Below are positions 8,953 to 20,900 of a stretch of DNA of 64,000 nt, in pieces. The notes under the pieces were generated by a model. The model did no database searches, was not told the DNA's origin, and saw only the letters and a program-made list of their open reading frames with translations. The first letter of the stretch is position 1. Each line of letters opens with the position of its first letter. Where the stretch lies: positions 30,628,001 through 30,692,000 of the forward strand of contig OZ024742.1 in assembly GCA_964016885.1 (NCBI GenBank), in the 5' to 3' direction. This DNA comes from Eledone cirrhosa. Its lineage: Eukaryota. Both the position numbers and the translations under genes were made by a program.

Positions 8953-11900
8953 TCTCTCTCAGTCCTAACTTGGTGTGGTCTCTCTCAGTCCTAACTTAGA
9001 GTAGTCTCTCTCAGTCCTAACTTGCTGTGGTCTCTCTCAGTCCTAACATGGTGTAGTCTCCCTCAGTCTTAACTTGGTGTAGTCTCTCTCTGTCTTAAGT
9101 TGGTGTGGTCTCTCTCAGTCCTAACTTGGTGTGGTCTCTCTCAGTCCTAAGTTGGTGTGGTCTCTCTCAGTCTTAACTTGGTGTAGTCTCTCTCAGTCCT
9201 AACTTGGTGTGGTCTCTCTCAGTCCTAACTTGGTGTAGTCTCTCTCAGTCCTAAGTTGGTGTGGTCTCTCTCAGTCCTAAGTTGGTGTGGTCTCTCTCAT
9301 TCCTAACTTGGTGTAGTCTCTTTCAGTCCTAAGTTGGTGTGTTCTCTCTCAGTCCTAACTTGGTGTGGTCTCTCTCATTCGTTACTTGGTGTAGTCTCTC
9401 TCAGTCCAAACTTGGTGTAGTCTCTCTCAGTCCTAAGTTGGTGTGGTGTCTCTCAGTCCTAACTTGGTGTAGTCTCTCTCAGTCCTAAGTTGGTGTCGTC
9501 TCTCTCTGGCCTAACTAGGTGTAGTCTCTCTCAGTCCTAAGTTGGTGTGGTCTCTCTCAGTCCTAAGTTGGTGTAGACTCTCTCAGTCCGAACTTGGTGT
9601 GGTCTCTCTCAGTCCTAACTTGTTGTGGTCTCTCTCAGTCCTAAGTTTGTGCTGTCTCTCTCTCAGTCCTAACTTGGTGTGGTCTCTCTCAGTCCTAACT
9701 TGGTGTAGTCTCTCTACGTCCTAACTTGGTGTGGTCTCTCTCAGTCCTAACTTGGTGTGGTCTCTCTCAGTCCTAACTTGGTGTAGTCTCACTCAGTCCT
9801 AAGTTGGTGTGGTCTCTCTCAGTCCTAACTTGGTGTAGTCTCTCTCAGTCGTAACTTGGTGTGGTCTCTCTAAGTCCTAACTTGGTGTAGTCTCTCTCAG
9901 TCCTAACATGGTGTAGTCTCTCTCAGTCTTAACTTGGTGTAGTCTCTCTCAGTCCTTACTTGGTGTAGTCTCTCTCAGTCCTAACTTGGTGTGGTCTCCC
10001 TCAGTCCTAAGTTGGTGTGGTCTCTCTCAGTCCTAACTTGGTGTAGTCTCTCTCAGTCCTAAGTTGGTGTGGTCTCTCTCAGTCCTTACTTGGTGTAGTC
10101 TCTCTCAGTCCTAACTTGGTGTGGTCACCCTCAGTCCTAAGTTGGTGTGGTCTTTCTCAGTCCTAAGTTGGTTTGGTCTCTCTCAGTCCTAAGTTGGTGT
10201 GGTCTCTCTCAGTCCTAACTTTGTGATGTCTCTCTGAGTCCTTACTTGGTGTAGTCACTCTCAGTCCTAACTTGGTATAGTCTCCCTCAGTCGTAACTTG
10301 GTGTAGTCTCTCTCCGTCGTAAGTTGATGTGGTCTCTCTCAGTCCTAAGTTGGTGTGGACTCTCTCAGTCCTAAGTTGGTGTGGTCACTCTCAGTCCTAA
10401 GTTGGTGTGGTCTCTCTCATTCCTAACTTGGTGTAGTCTCTTTCAGTCCTAAGTTGGTGTGTTCTCTCTCATTCCTTACTTGGTGTAGTCTCTCTCAGTC
10501 CTAACTTGGTATAGTCTCTCTCAATCCTAAGTTGGTGTGGTCTCACTCAGTCCTAAGTTGGTGTGGTCTCTCTCAGTCCTAAGTTGGTGTGGTCTATCTC
10601 AGTCCTAAGTTGGTGTGGTCTCTCTCAGTCCTAAGTTGGTGTGGTCTCTCTAAATCCTAACTTGGTGTGGTCACTCTCAGTCCTAAGTTGGTGTGGTCTG
10701 TCTCAGTCCTAACTTGGTGTGGTCTCTCTCAGTCCTTACTCGGTGTAGTCACTCTCAGTCCTAACTTGGTGTAGTCTCTCTCAGTCCTATGTTGGTGTGG
10801 TGTCTCTCAGTCTTAACTTGGTGTGGTCTCTCTCAGTCCTAACTTGGTGTAGTCTCTCTCAGTCCTAAGTTGGTGTGGTCTCTCTCAGTCCTACCTTGGT
10901 GTGGTCTCTCTCAGTCCTAACTTAGTGTAGTCTCTCTCAGTCATAAGTTGGTGTGGTCTCTCTCAGTCCTTACTTGGTGTAGTCTCTCTCAGTCCTAACT
11001 TGGTGTGGTCTCCCTCAGTCCTAAGTTGGTGTGGTCTCTCTCAGTCCTAAGTTGGTGTGGTCTATCTCACTCCTAAGTTGGTGTGGTCTCTCTCAGTCCT
11101 AAGTTGGTGTGGTCTCTCTCATTCCTTACTTGGTGTAGTCTCTGTCAGTCCTAACTTGGTGTAGTCTCTCTCAGTCCTAAGTTGGTGTGGTGTCTTTCAG
11201 TCCTAACTTGGTGTAGTCTCTCTCAGTCCTAAGTTGGTGTGGTCTCTCTCAGTCCTAACTTGGTGTGGTCTCTCTCAGTCCTAACTTGGTGTAGTCTCTC
11301 TCAGTCCTAACTTGGTGTGGTCTCTCTCAGTCTTACTTAGTGTAGTCTATCTCAGTCCTAACTTGGTGTAGTCTCGCTCAGTCGTAAGTTGGTGTGGTCT
11401 CTCTCAGTCCTAACTTGGTGTAGTCTCTCTCAGTGCTAACTTGGTGTAGTCTCACTCAGTCCTAAGTTGGTGTAGTCTCTCTCAGTCCTAACTTGGTGTA
11501 GTCTCTTTCAGTCCAAAGTTAGTGTGGTCTCTCTCAGTCCTTACTTGGTGTGGTCTCCCTCAGTCCTAACTTGGTGTGGTCTCTCTCTCAGTCCTAAGTT
11601 GGTGTGGTCTCTCTCAGTCCTAAGTTGGTGTGATCTCTCTCAGTCCTAACTTGGTGTGGTCTTTCTCAGCCCTATCTTGGTGGGGTCTCTCTCAGTCCTA
11701 AGTTGGTGTGGCCTCTCTCAGTCCTAACTTGGTGTAGTCTCTCTCAGTCCTAATTTTGTGTAGTCTCTCTCAGTCCTAACTTGGTGTGGTCTCTCTCAGT
11801 CCTAACTTGGTGTGGTCTCTCTCAGTCCTAACTTGGTGTAGTCTCTCTCAGTCCTAGGTTGGTGTGGCCTCTCTCAGTCCTAACTTGGTGTAGTCTCTCT

Positions 11901-14900
11901 CAGTCCTAGGTTGGTGTGGCCTCTCTCAGTCCTAACTTGGTGTAGTATCTCTCAGTCCTAAGTTGGTGTGGTCTCTCTCAGTCCTAACTTGGTGTAGTCT
12001 CTCTCAGTCCTTACTTAGTGTGGTCTCTCTCAGTCCTAACATGGTGTTGTCTCTCTCAGTCCTAACTTGGTGTGGTCTCTCTCAGTCCTAACTTAGAGTA
12101 GTCTCTCTCAGTCCTAACTTGCTGTGGTCTCTCTCAGTCGTAACTTGGTGTGGTCTCTCTCAGTCGTAACTTGGTGTGGTCTCTCTAAGTCCTAACTTGG
12201 TGTAGTCTCTCTCAGTCCTAACATGGTGTAGTCTCTCTCAGTCTTAACTTGGTGTAGTCTCTCTCTGTCTTAAGTTGGTGTGGTCTCTCTCAGTCCTAAC
12301 TTGGTGTGGTCTCTCTCAGTCCTAAGTTGGTGTGGTCTCTCTCAGTCTTAACTTGGTGTAGTCTCTCTCAGTCCTAACTTGGTGTGGTCTCTCTCAGTCC
12401 TAACTTGGTGTAGTCTCTCTCAGTCCTAAGTTGGTGTGGTCTCTCTCAGTCCTAAGTTGGTGTGGTCTCTCTAATTCCTAACTAGGTGTAGTCTCTTTCA
12501 GTCCTAAGTTGGTGTAGTCTCTTTCAGTCCTAACTTGGTGTAGTCTATCTAAGTCCTAAGTTGGTGTGGTCTCTCTCAGTCCTAACTTGGTGTAGTCTCT
12601 CTCAGTCCTAAGTTGGTGTGGTGTCTCTCAGTCCTAACTCGGTGTAGTCTCTCTCAGTCCGAACTTGGTGTGGTCTCTCGCAGTCCTAAGTTGGTGTAGT
12701 CTCTCTCGGTCCTAACTTGGTGAGTTCTCTCTCAGTCCGAACTTGGTGTAGTCTCTCTCAGTCCTTACTTAGTGTGGTCTGTCTCAGTCCTAACATGGTG
12801 TTGTCTCTCTCAGTCCTAACTTGGTGTGGTCTCTCTCAGTCCTAAGTTGGTGTGGTCTCTCTCAGTCCTAACTTGGTGTAGTCTCTCTCAGTCCTAAGTT
12901 GGTGTGGTCTCTCTCAGTCCTTACTTGGTGTAGTCTCTCTCAGTCCTAACTTGGTGTGGTCACCCTCAGTCCTAAGTTGGTGTGGTCTTTCTCAGTCCTA
13001 AGTTGGTTTGGTCTCTCTCAGTCCTAAGTTGGTGTGGTTTCTCTCAGTCCTAACTTTGTGATGTCTCTCTGAGTCCTTACTTGGTGTAGTCACTCTCAGT
13101 CCTAACTTGGTATAGTCTCCCTCAGTCGTAACTTGGTGTAGTCTCTCTCCGTCGTAAGTTGGTGTGGTCTCTCTCAGTCCTAAGTTGGTGTGGACTCTCT
13201 CAGTCCTAAGTTGGTGTGGTCACTCTCAGTCCTAAGTTGGTGTGGTCTCTCTCATTCCTAACTTGGTGTAGTCTCTTTCAGTCCTAAGTTGGTGTGTTCT
13301 CTCTCAGTCCTAACTTGGTGTGGTCTCTCTCATTCGTTACTTGGTGTAGTCTCTCTCAGTCCTAACTTGGTGTAGTCTCTCTCAATCCTAAGTTGGTGTG
13401 GTCTCCCTCAGTCCTAAGATGGTGTGGTCTCTCTCAGTCCTAAGTTGGTGTGGTCTATCTCAGTCCTAAGTTGGTGTGGTCTCTCTCAGTCCTAAGTTGG
13501 TGTGGTCTCTCTAAATCCTAACTTAGTGTGGTCACTCTCAGTCCTAAGTTGGTGTGGTCTTTCTCAGTCCTAACTTGGTGTGGTCTCTCTCAGTCCTTAC
13601 TCAGTGTAGTCACTCTCAGTCCTAACTTGGTGTAGTCTCTCTCAGTCCTATGTTGGTGTGGTGTCTCTCAGTCTTAACTTGGTGTGGTCTCTCTCAGTCC
13701 TAACTTAGTGTAGTCTCTCTCAGTCATAAGTTGGTGTGGTCTCTCTCAGTCCTTACTTGGTGTAGTCTCTCTCAGTCCTAACTTGGTGTGGTCTCCCTCA
13801 GTCCTAAGTTGGTGTGGTCTCTCTCAGTCCTAAGTTGGTGTGGTCTATCTCACTCCTAAGTTGGTGTGGTCTCTCTCAGTCCTAAGTTGGTGTGGTCTCT
13901 CTCATTCCTTACTTGGTGTAGTCTCTGTCAGTCCTAACTTGGTGTAGTCTCTCTCAGTCCTAAGTTGGTGTGGTGTCTCTCAGTCCTAACTTGGTGTAGT
14001 CTCTCTCAGTCCTAAGTTGGTGTCGTCTCTCTCAGGCCTAACTAGGTGTAGTCTCTCTCAGTCCAAAGTTGGTGTGGTCTCTCAGTCCTAAGTTGGTGTA
14101 GTCTCTCTCAGTCCGAACTTGGTGTGGTCTCTCTCAGTCCTAACTTGTTGTGGTCTCTCTCAGTCCTAAGTTTGTGCTCTCTCTCTCTCAGTCCTAACTT
14201 GGTGTGGTCTCTCTCAGTCCTAACTTGGTGTAGTCTCTCTACGCCTTAACTTGGTGTGGTCTCTCTCAGTCCTAACTTGGTGTGGTCTCGCTGATTCCTT
14301 ACTTGGTGTAGTCACTGTCAGTCCTAACTTGGTATAGTCTCTCTCAGTCCTAAGTTCGTGCTGTCTCTCTCTCAGTCCTAACTTGGTGTGGTCTCTCTCA
14401 GTCCTAACTTCGTGTGCTTTCTCTCAGTCCTAACTTGGTGTAGTCTCTCTCAGTCCTAACTTGGTGTGGTCTCTCTCAGTCCTAACTTGGTGTAGTCTCT
14501 CTCAGTCGTAACTTGGTGTGGTCTTTCTCAGTCCTAAGTTGGTTTGGTCTCTCTCAGTCCTAAGTTGGTGTGGTTTCTCTCAGTCCTAACTTTGTGATGT
14601 CTCTCTGAGTTTTTACTTGGTGTAGTCACTCTCAGTCCTAACTTGGTATAGTCTCCCTCAGTCGTAACTTGGTGTAGTCTCTCTCCGTCGTAAGTTGGTG
14701 TGGTCTCTCTCAGTCCTAAGTTGGTGTGGACTCTCTCAGTCCTAAGTTGGTGTGGTCACTCTCAGTCCTAAGTTGGTGTGGTCTCTCTCATTCCTAACTT
14801 GGTGTAGTCTCTTTCAGTCCTAAGTTGGTGTGTTCTCTCTCAGTCCTAACTTGGTGTGGTCTCTCTCATTCGTTACTTGGTGTAGTCTCTCTCAGTCCTA

Positions 14901-17900
14901 ACTTGGTGTAGTCTCTCTCAATCCTAAGTTGGTGTGGTCTCCCTCAGTCCTAAGATGGTGTGGTCTCTCTCAGTCCTAAGTTGGTGTGGTCTATCTCAGT
15001 CCTAAGTTGGTGTGGTCTCTCTCAGTCCTAAGTTGGTGTGGTCTCTCTAAATCCTAACTTGGTGTGGTCACTCTCAGTCCTAAGTTGGTGTGGTCTTTCT
15101 CAGTCCTAACTTGGTGTGGTCTCTCTCAGTCCTTACTCAGTGTAGTCACTCTCAGTCCTAACTTGGTGTAGTCTCTCTCAGTCCTATGTTGGTGTGGTGT
15201 CTCTCAGTCTTAACTTGGTGTGGTCTCTCTCAGTCCTAACTTGGTGTAGTCTCTCTCAGTCCTAAGTTGGTGTGGTCTCTCTCAGTCCTACCTTGGTGTG
15301 GTCTCTCTCAGTCCTAACTTAGTGTAGTCTCTCTCAGTCATAAGTTGGTGTGGTCTCTCTCAGTCCTTACTTGGTGTAGTCTCTCTCAGTCCTAACTTGG
15401 TGTGGTCTCCCTCAGTCCTAAGTTGGTGTGGTCTCTCTCAGTCCTAAGTTGGTGTGGTCTATCTCACTCCTAAGTTGGTGTGGTCTCTCTCAGTCCTAAG
15501 TTGGTGTGGTCTCTCTCATTCCTTACTTGGTGTAGTCTCTGTCAGTCCTAACTTGGTGTAGTCTCTCTCAGTCCTAAGTTGGTGTGGTGTCTCTCAGTCC
15601 TAACTTGATGTAGTCTCTCTCAGTCCTAAGTTGGTGTCGTCTCTCTCAGGCCTAACTAGGTGTAGTCTCTCTCAGTCCAAAGTTGGTGTGGTCTCTCAGT
15701 CCTAAGTTGGTGTAGTCTCTCTCAGTCCGAACTTGGTGTGGTCTCTCTCAGTCCTAACTTGTTGTGGTCTCTCTCAGTCCTAAGTTTGTGCTCTCTCTCT
15801 CTCAGTCCTAACTTGGTGTGGTCTCTCTCAGTCCTAACTTGGTGTAGTCTCTCTACGCCTTAACTTGGTGTGGTCTCTCTCAGTCCTAACTTGGTGTGGT
15901 CTCGCTGATTCCTTACTTGGTGTAGTCACTGTCAGTCCTAACTTGGTATAGTCTCTCTCAGTCCTAAGTTCGTGCTGTCTCTCTCTCAGTCCTAACTTGG
16001 TGTGGTCTCTCTCAGTCCTAACTTCGTGTGCTTTCTCTCAGTCCTAACTTGGTGTAGTCTCTCTCAGTCCTAACTTGGTGTGGTCTCTCTCAGTCCTAAC
16101 TTGGTGTAGTCTCTCTCAGTCGTAACTTGGTGTGGTCTCTCTATGTCCTAACTTGGTGTAGTCTCTCTTAGTCTTAACATGGTGTAGTCTCTCTCAGTCG
16201 TAACTTGGTGTAGTCTCTCTCAGTCCTATGTTCGTGCTGTCTCTCTCTCAGTCCTGACTCGGTGTAGTCTCTCTCAGTCCGAACTTGGTGTGGTCTCTCG
16301 CAGTCCTAAGTTGGTGTAGTCTCTCTCGGTCCTAACTTGGTGAGTTCTCTCTCAGTCCTAACTTGGTGTAGTCTCTCTCAGTCCTTACTTAGTGTGGTCT
16401 CTCTCAGTCCTAACATGGTGTTGTCTCTCTCAGTCCTAACTTGGTGTAGTCTCTATCAGTCCTAACTTGGAGTAGTCTCTCTCAGTCGTAACTTGGTGTG
16501 GTCTCTCTAAGTCCTAACTTGGTGTAGTCTCTCTCAGTCCTAAGTTGGTGTGGTCTCTCTCAGTCTTAACTTGGTGTAGTCTCTCTCAGTCCTAACTTGG
16601 TGTGGTCTCTCTCAGTCCTAACTTGGTGTAGTCTCTCTGAGTCCTAAGTTGGTGTGGTCTCTCTCAGTCCTAAGTTGGTGTGGTCTCTCTCATTCCTAAC
16701 TTAGTGTAGTCTCTTTCAGTCCTAAGTTGGTGTGTTCTCTCTCAGTCCTAACTTGGTGTAGTCTCTCTCATTCGTTACTTGGTGTGGTCTCTCTCATTCG
16801 TTACTTGGTGTAGTCTCTCTCAGTCCAAACTTGGTGTAGTCTCTCTCAGTCCTAAGTTGGTGTGGTGTCTCTCAGTCCTAACTTGGTTTATCTCTCTCAG
16901 TCCTAAGTTGGTGTCGTCTCTCTCAGGCCTAACTAGGTGTAGTCTCTCTCAGTCGTAAGTTGGTGTGGTCTCTCTCAGTCCTAAGTTGATGTAGACTCTC
17001 TCAGTCCGAACTTGGTGTGGTCTCTCTCAGTCCTAACTTGTTGTGGTCTCTCTCAGTCCTAAGTTTGTGCTGTCTCTCTCTCAGTCCTAACTTGGTGTGG
17101 TCTCTCTCAGTCCTAACTTGGTGTAGTCTCACTACGTCCTAACTTGGTGTGGTCTCTCTCAGTCCTAACTTGGTGTGGTCTCTCTCAGTCCTAACTTGGT
17201 GTAGTCTCACTCAGTCCTAAGTTGGTGTGGTCTCTCTCAGTCCTAACTTGGTGTAGTCTCTCTCAGTCGTAACTTGGTGTGGTCTCTCTAAGTCCTAACT
17301 TGGTGTAGTCTCTCTCAGTCCTAACATGGTGTAGTCTCTCTCAGTCTTAACTTGGTGTAGTCTCTCTCAGTCCTTACTTGGTGTAGTCTCTCTCAGTCCT
17401 AACTTGGTGTGGTCTCCCTCAGTCCTAAGTTGGTGTGGTCTCTCTCAGTCCTAACTTGGTGTAGTCTCTCTCAGTCCTAAGTTGGTGTGGTCTCTCTCAG
17501 TCCTTACTTGGTGTAGTCTCTCTCAGTTCTAACTTGGTGTGGTCACCCTCAGTCCTAAGTTGGTGTGGTCTTTCTCAGTCCTAAGTTGGTTTGGTCTCTC
17601 TCAGTCCTAAGTTGGTGTGGTCTCTCTCAGTCCTAAGTTGGTGTGGTCTCTCTCAGTCCTAACTTTGTGATGTCTCTCTGAGTCCTTACTTGGTGTAGTC
17701 ACTCTCAGTCCAAACTTGGTATAGTCTCCCTCAGTCGTAACTTGGTGTAGTCTCTCTCCGTCGTAATTTGGTGTGGTCTCTCTCAGTCCTAAGTTGGTGT
17801 GGACTCTCTCAGTCCTAAGTTGGTGTGGTCACTCTCAGTCCTAAGTTGGTGTGGTCTCTCTCATTCCTAACTTGGTGTAGTCTCTTTCAGTCCTAAGTTG

Positions 17901-20900
17901 GTGTGTTCTCTTTCAGTCCGAACTTGGTGTGGTCTCTCTCAGTCCTAACATGGTGTTGTCTCTCTCAGTCCTAACTTGGTGTGGTCTCTCTCAGTCCTAA
18001 CTTGGAGTAGTCTCTCTCAGTCGTAACTTGGTGTGGTCTCTCTAAGTCCTAACTTGGTGTAGTCTCTCTCAGTCCTAAGTTGGTGTGGTCTCTCTCAGTC
18101 TTAACTTGGTGTAGTCTCTCTCAGTCCTAACTTGGTGTGGTCTCTCTCAGTCCTAACTTGGTGTAGTCTCTCTGAGTCCTAAGTTGGTGTGGTCTCTCTC
18201 AGTCCTAAGTTGGTGTGGTCTCTCTCATTCCTAACTTGGTGTAGTCTCTTTCAGTCCTAAGCTGGTGTGTTCTCTCTCAGTCCTAACTTGGTGTGGTCTC
18301 TCTCAGTCCTAACTTAGAGTAGTCTCTCTCAGTCCTAACTTGCTGTGGTCTCTCTCAGTCCTAACATGGTGTAGTCTCCCTCAGTCTTAACTTGGTGTAG
18401 TCTCTCTCTGTCTTAAGTTGGTGTGGTCTCTCTCAGTCCTAACTTGGTGTGGTCTCTCTCAGTCCTAAGTTGGTGTGGTCTCTCTCAGTCTTAACTTGGT
18501 GTAGTCTCTCTCAGTCCTAACTTGGTGTGGTCTCTCTCAGTCCTAACTTGGTGTAGTCTCTCTCAGTCCTAAGTTGGTGTGGTCTCTCTCAGTCCTAAGT
18601 TGGTGTGGTCTCTCTCATTCCTAACTTGGTGTAGTCTCTTTCAGTCCTAAGTTGGTGTGTTCTCTCTCAGTCCTAACTTGGTGTGGTCTCTCTCATTCGT
18701 TACTTGGTGTAGTCTCTCTCAGTCCAAACTTGGTGTAGTCTCTCTCAGTCCTAAGTTGGTGTGGTGTCTCTCAGTCCTAACTTGGTGTAGTCTCTCTCAG
18801 TCCTAAGTTGGTGTCGTCTCTCTCTGGCCTAACTAGGTGTAGTCTCTCTCAGTCCTAAGTTGGTGTGGTCTCTCTCAGTCCTAAGTTGGTGTAGACTCTC
18901 TCAGTCCGAACTTGGTGTGGTCTCTCTCAGTCCTAACTTGTTGTGGTCTCTCTCAGTCCTAAGTTTGTGCTGTCTCTCTCTCAGTCCTAACTTGGTGTGG
19001 TCTCTCTCAGTCCTAACTTGGTGTAGTCTCTCTACGTCCTAACTTGGTGTGGTCTCTCTCAGTCCTAACTTGGTGTGGTCTCTCTCAGTCCTAACTTGGT
19101 GTAGTCTCACTCAGTCCTAAGTTGGTGTGGTCTCTCTCAGTCCTAACTTGGTGTAGTCTCTCTCAGTCGTAACTTGGTGTGGTCTCTCTAAGTCCTAACT
19201 TGGTGTAGTCTCTCTCAGTCCTAACATGGTGTAGTCTCTCTCAGTCTTAACTTGGTGTAGTCTCTCTCAGTCCTTACTTGGTGTAGTCTCTCTCAGTCCT
19301 AACTTGGTGTGGTCTCCCTCAGTCCTAAGTTGGTGTGGTCTCTCTCAGTCCTAACTTGGTGTAGTCTCTCTCAGTCCTAAGTTGGTGTGGTCTCTCTCAG
19401 TCCTTACTTGGTGTAGTCTCTCTCAGTCCTAACTTGGTGTGGTCACCCTCAGTCCTAAGTTGGTGTGGTCTTTCTCAGTCCTAAGTTGGTTTGGTCTCTC
19501 TCAGTCCTAAGTTGGTGTGGTCTCTCTCAGTCCTAACTTTGTGATGTCTCTCTGAGTCCTTACTTGGTGTAGTCACTCTCAGTCCTAACTTGGTATAGTC
19601 TCCCTCAGTCGTAACTTGGTGTAGTCTCTCTCCGTCGTAAGTTGATGTGGTCTCTCTCAGTCCTAAGTTGGTGTGGACTCTCTCAGTCCTAAGTTGGTGT
19701 GGTCACTCTCAGTCCTAAGTTGGTGTGGTCTCTCTCATTCCTAACTTGGTGTAGTCTCTTTCAGTCCTAAGTTGGTGTGTTCTCTCTCATTCCTTACTTG
19801 GTGTAGTCTCTCTCAGTCCTAACTTGGTATAGTCTCTCTCAATCCTAAGTTGGTGTGGTCTCACTCAGTCCTAAGTTGGTGTGGTCTCTCTCAGTCCTAA
19901 GTTGGTGTGGTCTATCTCAGTCCTAAGTTGGTGTGGTCTCTCTCAGTCCTAAGTTGGTGTGGTCTCTCTAAATCCTAACTTGGTGTGGTCACTCTCAGTC
20001 CTAAGTTGGTGTGGTCTGTCTCAGTCCTAACTTGGTGTGGTCTCTCTCAGTCCTTACTCGGTGTAGTCACTCTCAGTCCTAACTTGGTGTAGTCTCTCTC
20101 AGTCCTATGTTGGTGTGGTGTCTCTCAGTCTTAACTTGGTGTGGTCTCTCTCAGTCCTAACTTGGTGTAGTCTCTCTCAGTCCTAAGTTGGTGTGGTCTC
20201 TCTCAGTCCTACCTTGGTGTGGTCTCTCTCAGTCCTAACTTAGTGTAGTCTCTCTCAGTCATAAGTTGGTGTGGTCTCTCTCAGTCCTTACTTGGTGTAG
20301 TCTCTCTCAGTCCTAACTTGGTGTGGTCTCCCTCAGTCCTAAGTTGGTGTGGTCTCTCTCAGTCCTAAGTTGGTGTGGTCTATCTCACTCCTAAGTTGGT
20401 GTGGTCTCTCTCAGTCCTAAGTTGGTGTGGTCTCTCTCATTCCTTACTTGGTGTAGTCTCTGTCAGTCCTAACTTGGTGTAGTCTCTCTCAGTCCTAAGT
20501 TGGTGTGGTGTCTTTCAGTCCTAACTTGGTGTAGTCTCTCTCAGTCCTAAGTTGGTGTGGTCTCTCTCAGTCCTAACTTGGTGTGGTCTCTCTCAGTCCT
20601 AACTTGGTGTAGTCTCTCTCAGTCCTAACTTGGTGTGGTCTCTCTCAGTCTTACTTAGTGTAGTCTATCTCAGTCCTAACTTGGTGTAGTCTCGCTCAGT
20701 CGTAAGTTGGTGTGGTCTCTCTCAGTCCTAACTTGGTGTAGTCTCTCTCAGTGCTAACTTGGTGTAGTCTCACTCAGTCCTAAGTTGGTGTAGTCTCTCT
20801 CAGTCCTAACTTGGTGTAGTCTCTTTCAGTCCAAAGTTAGTGTGGTCTCTCTCAGTCCTTACTTGGTGTGGTCTCCCTCAGTCCTAACTTGGTGTGGTCT

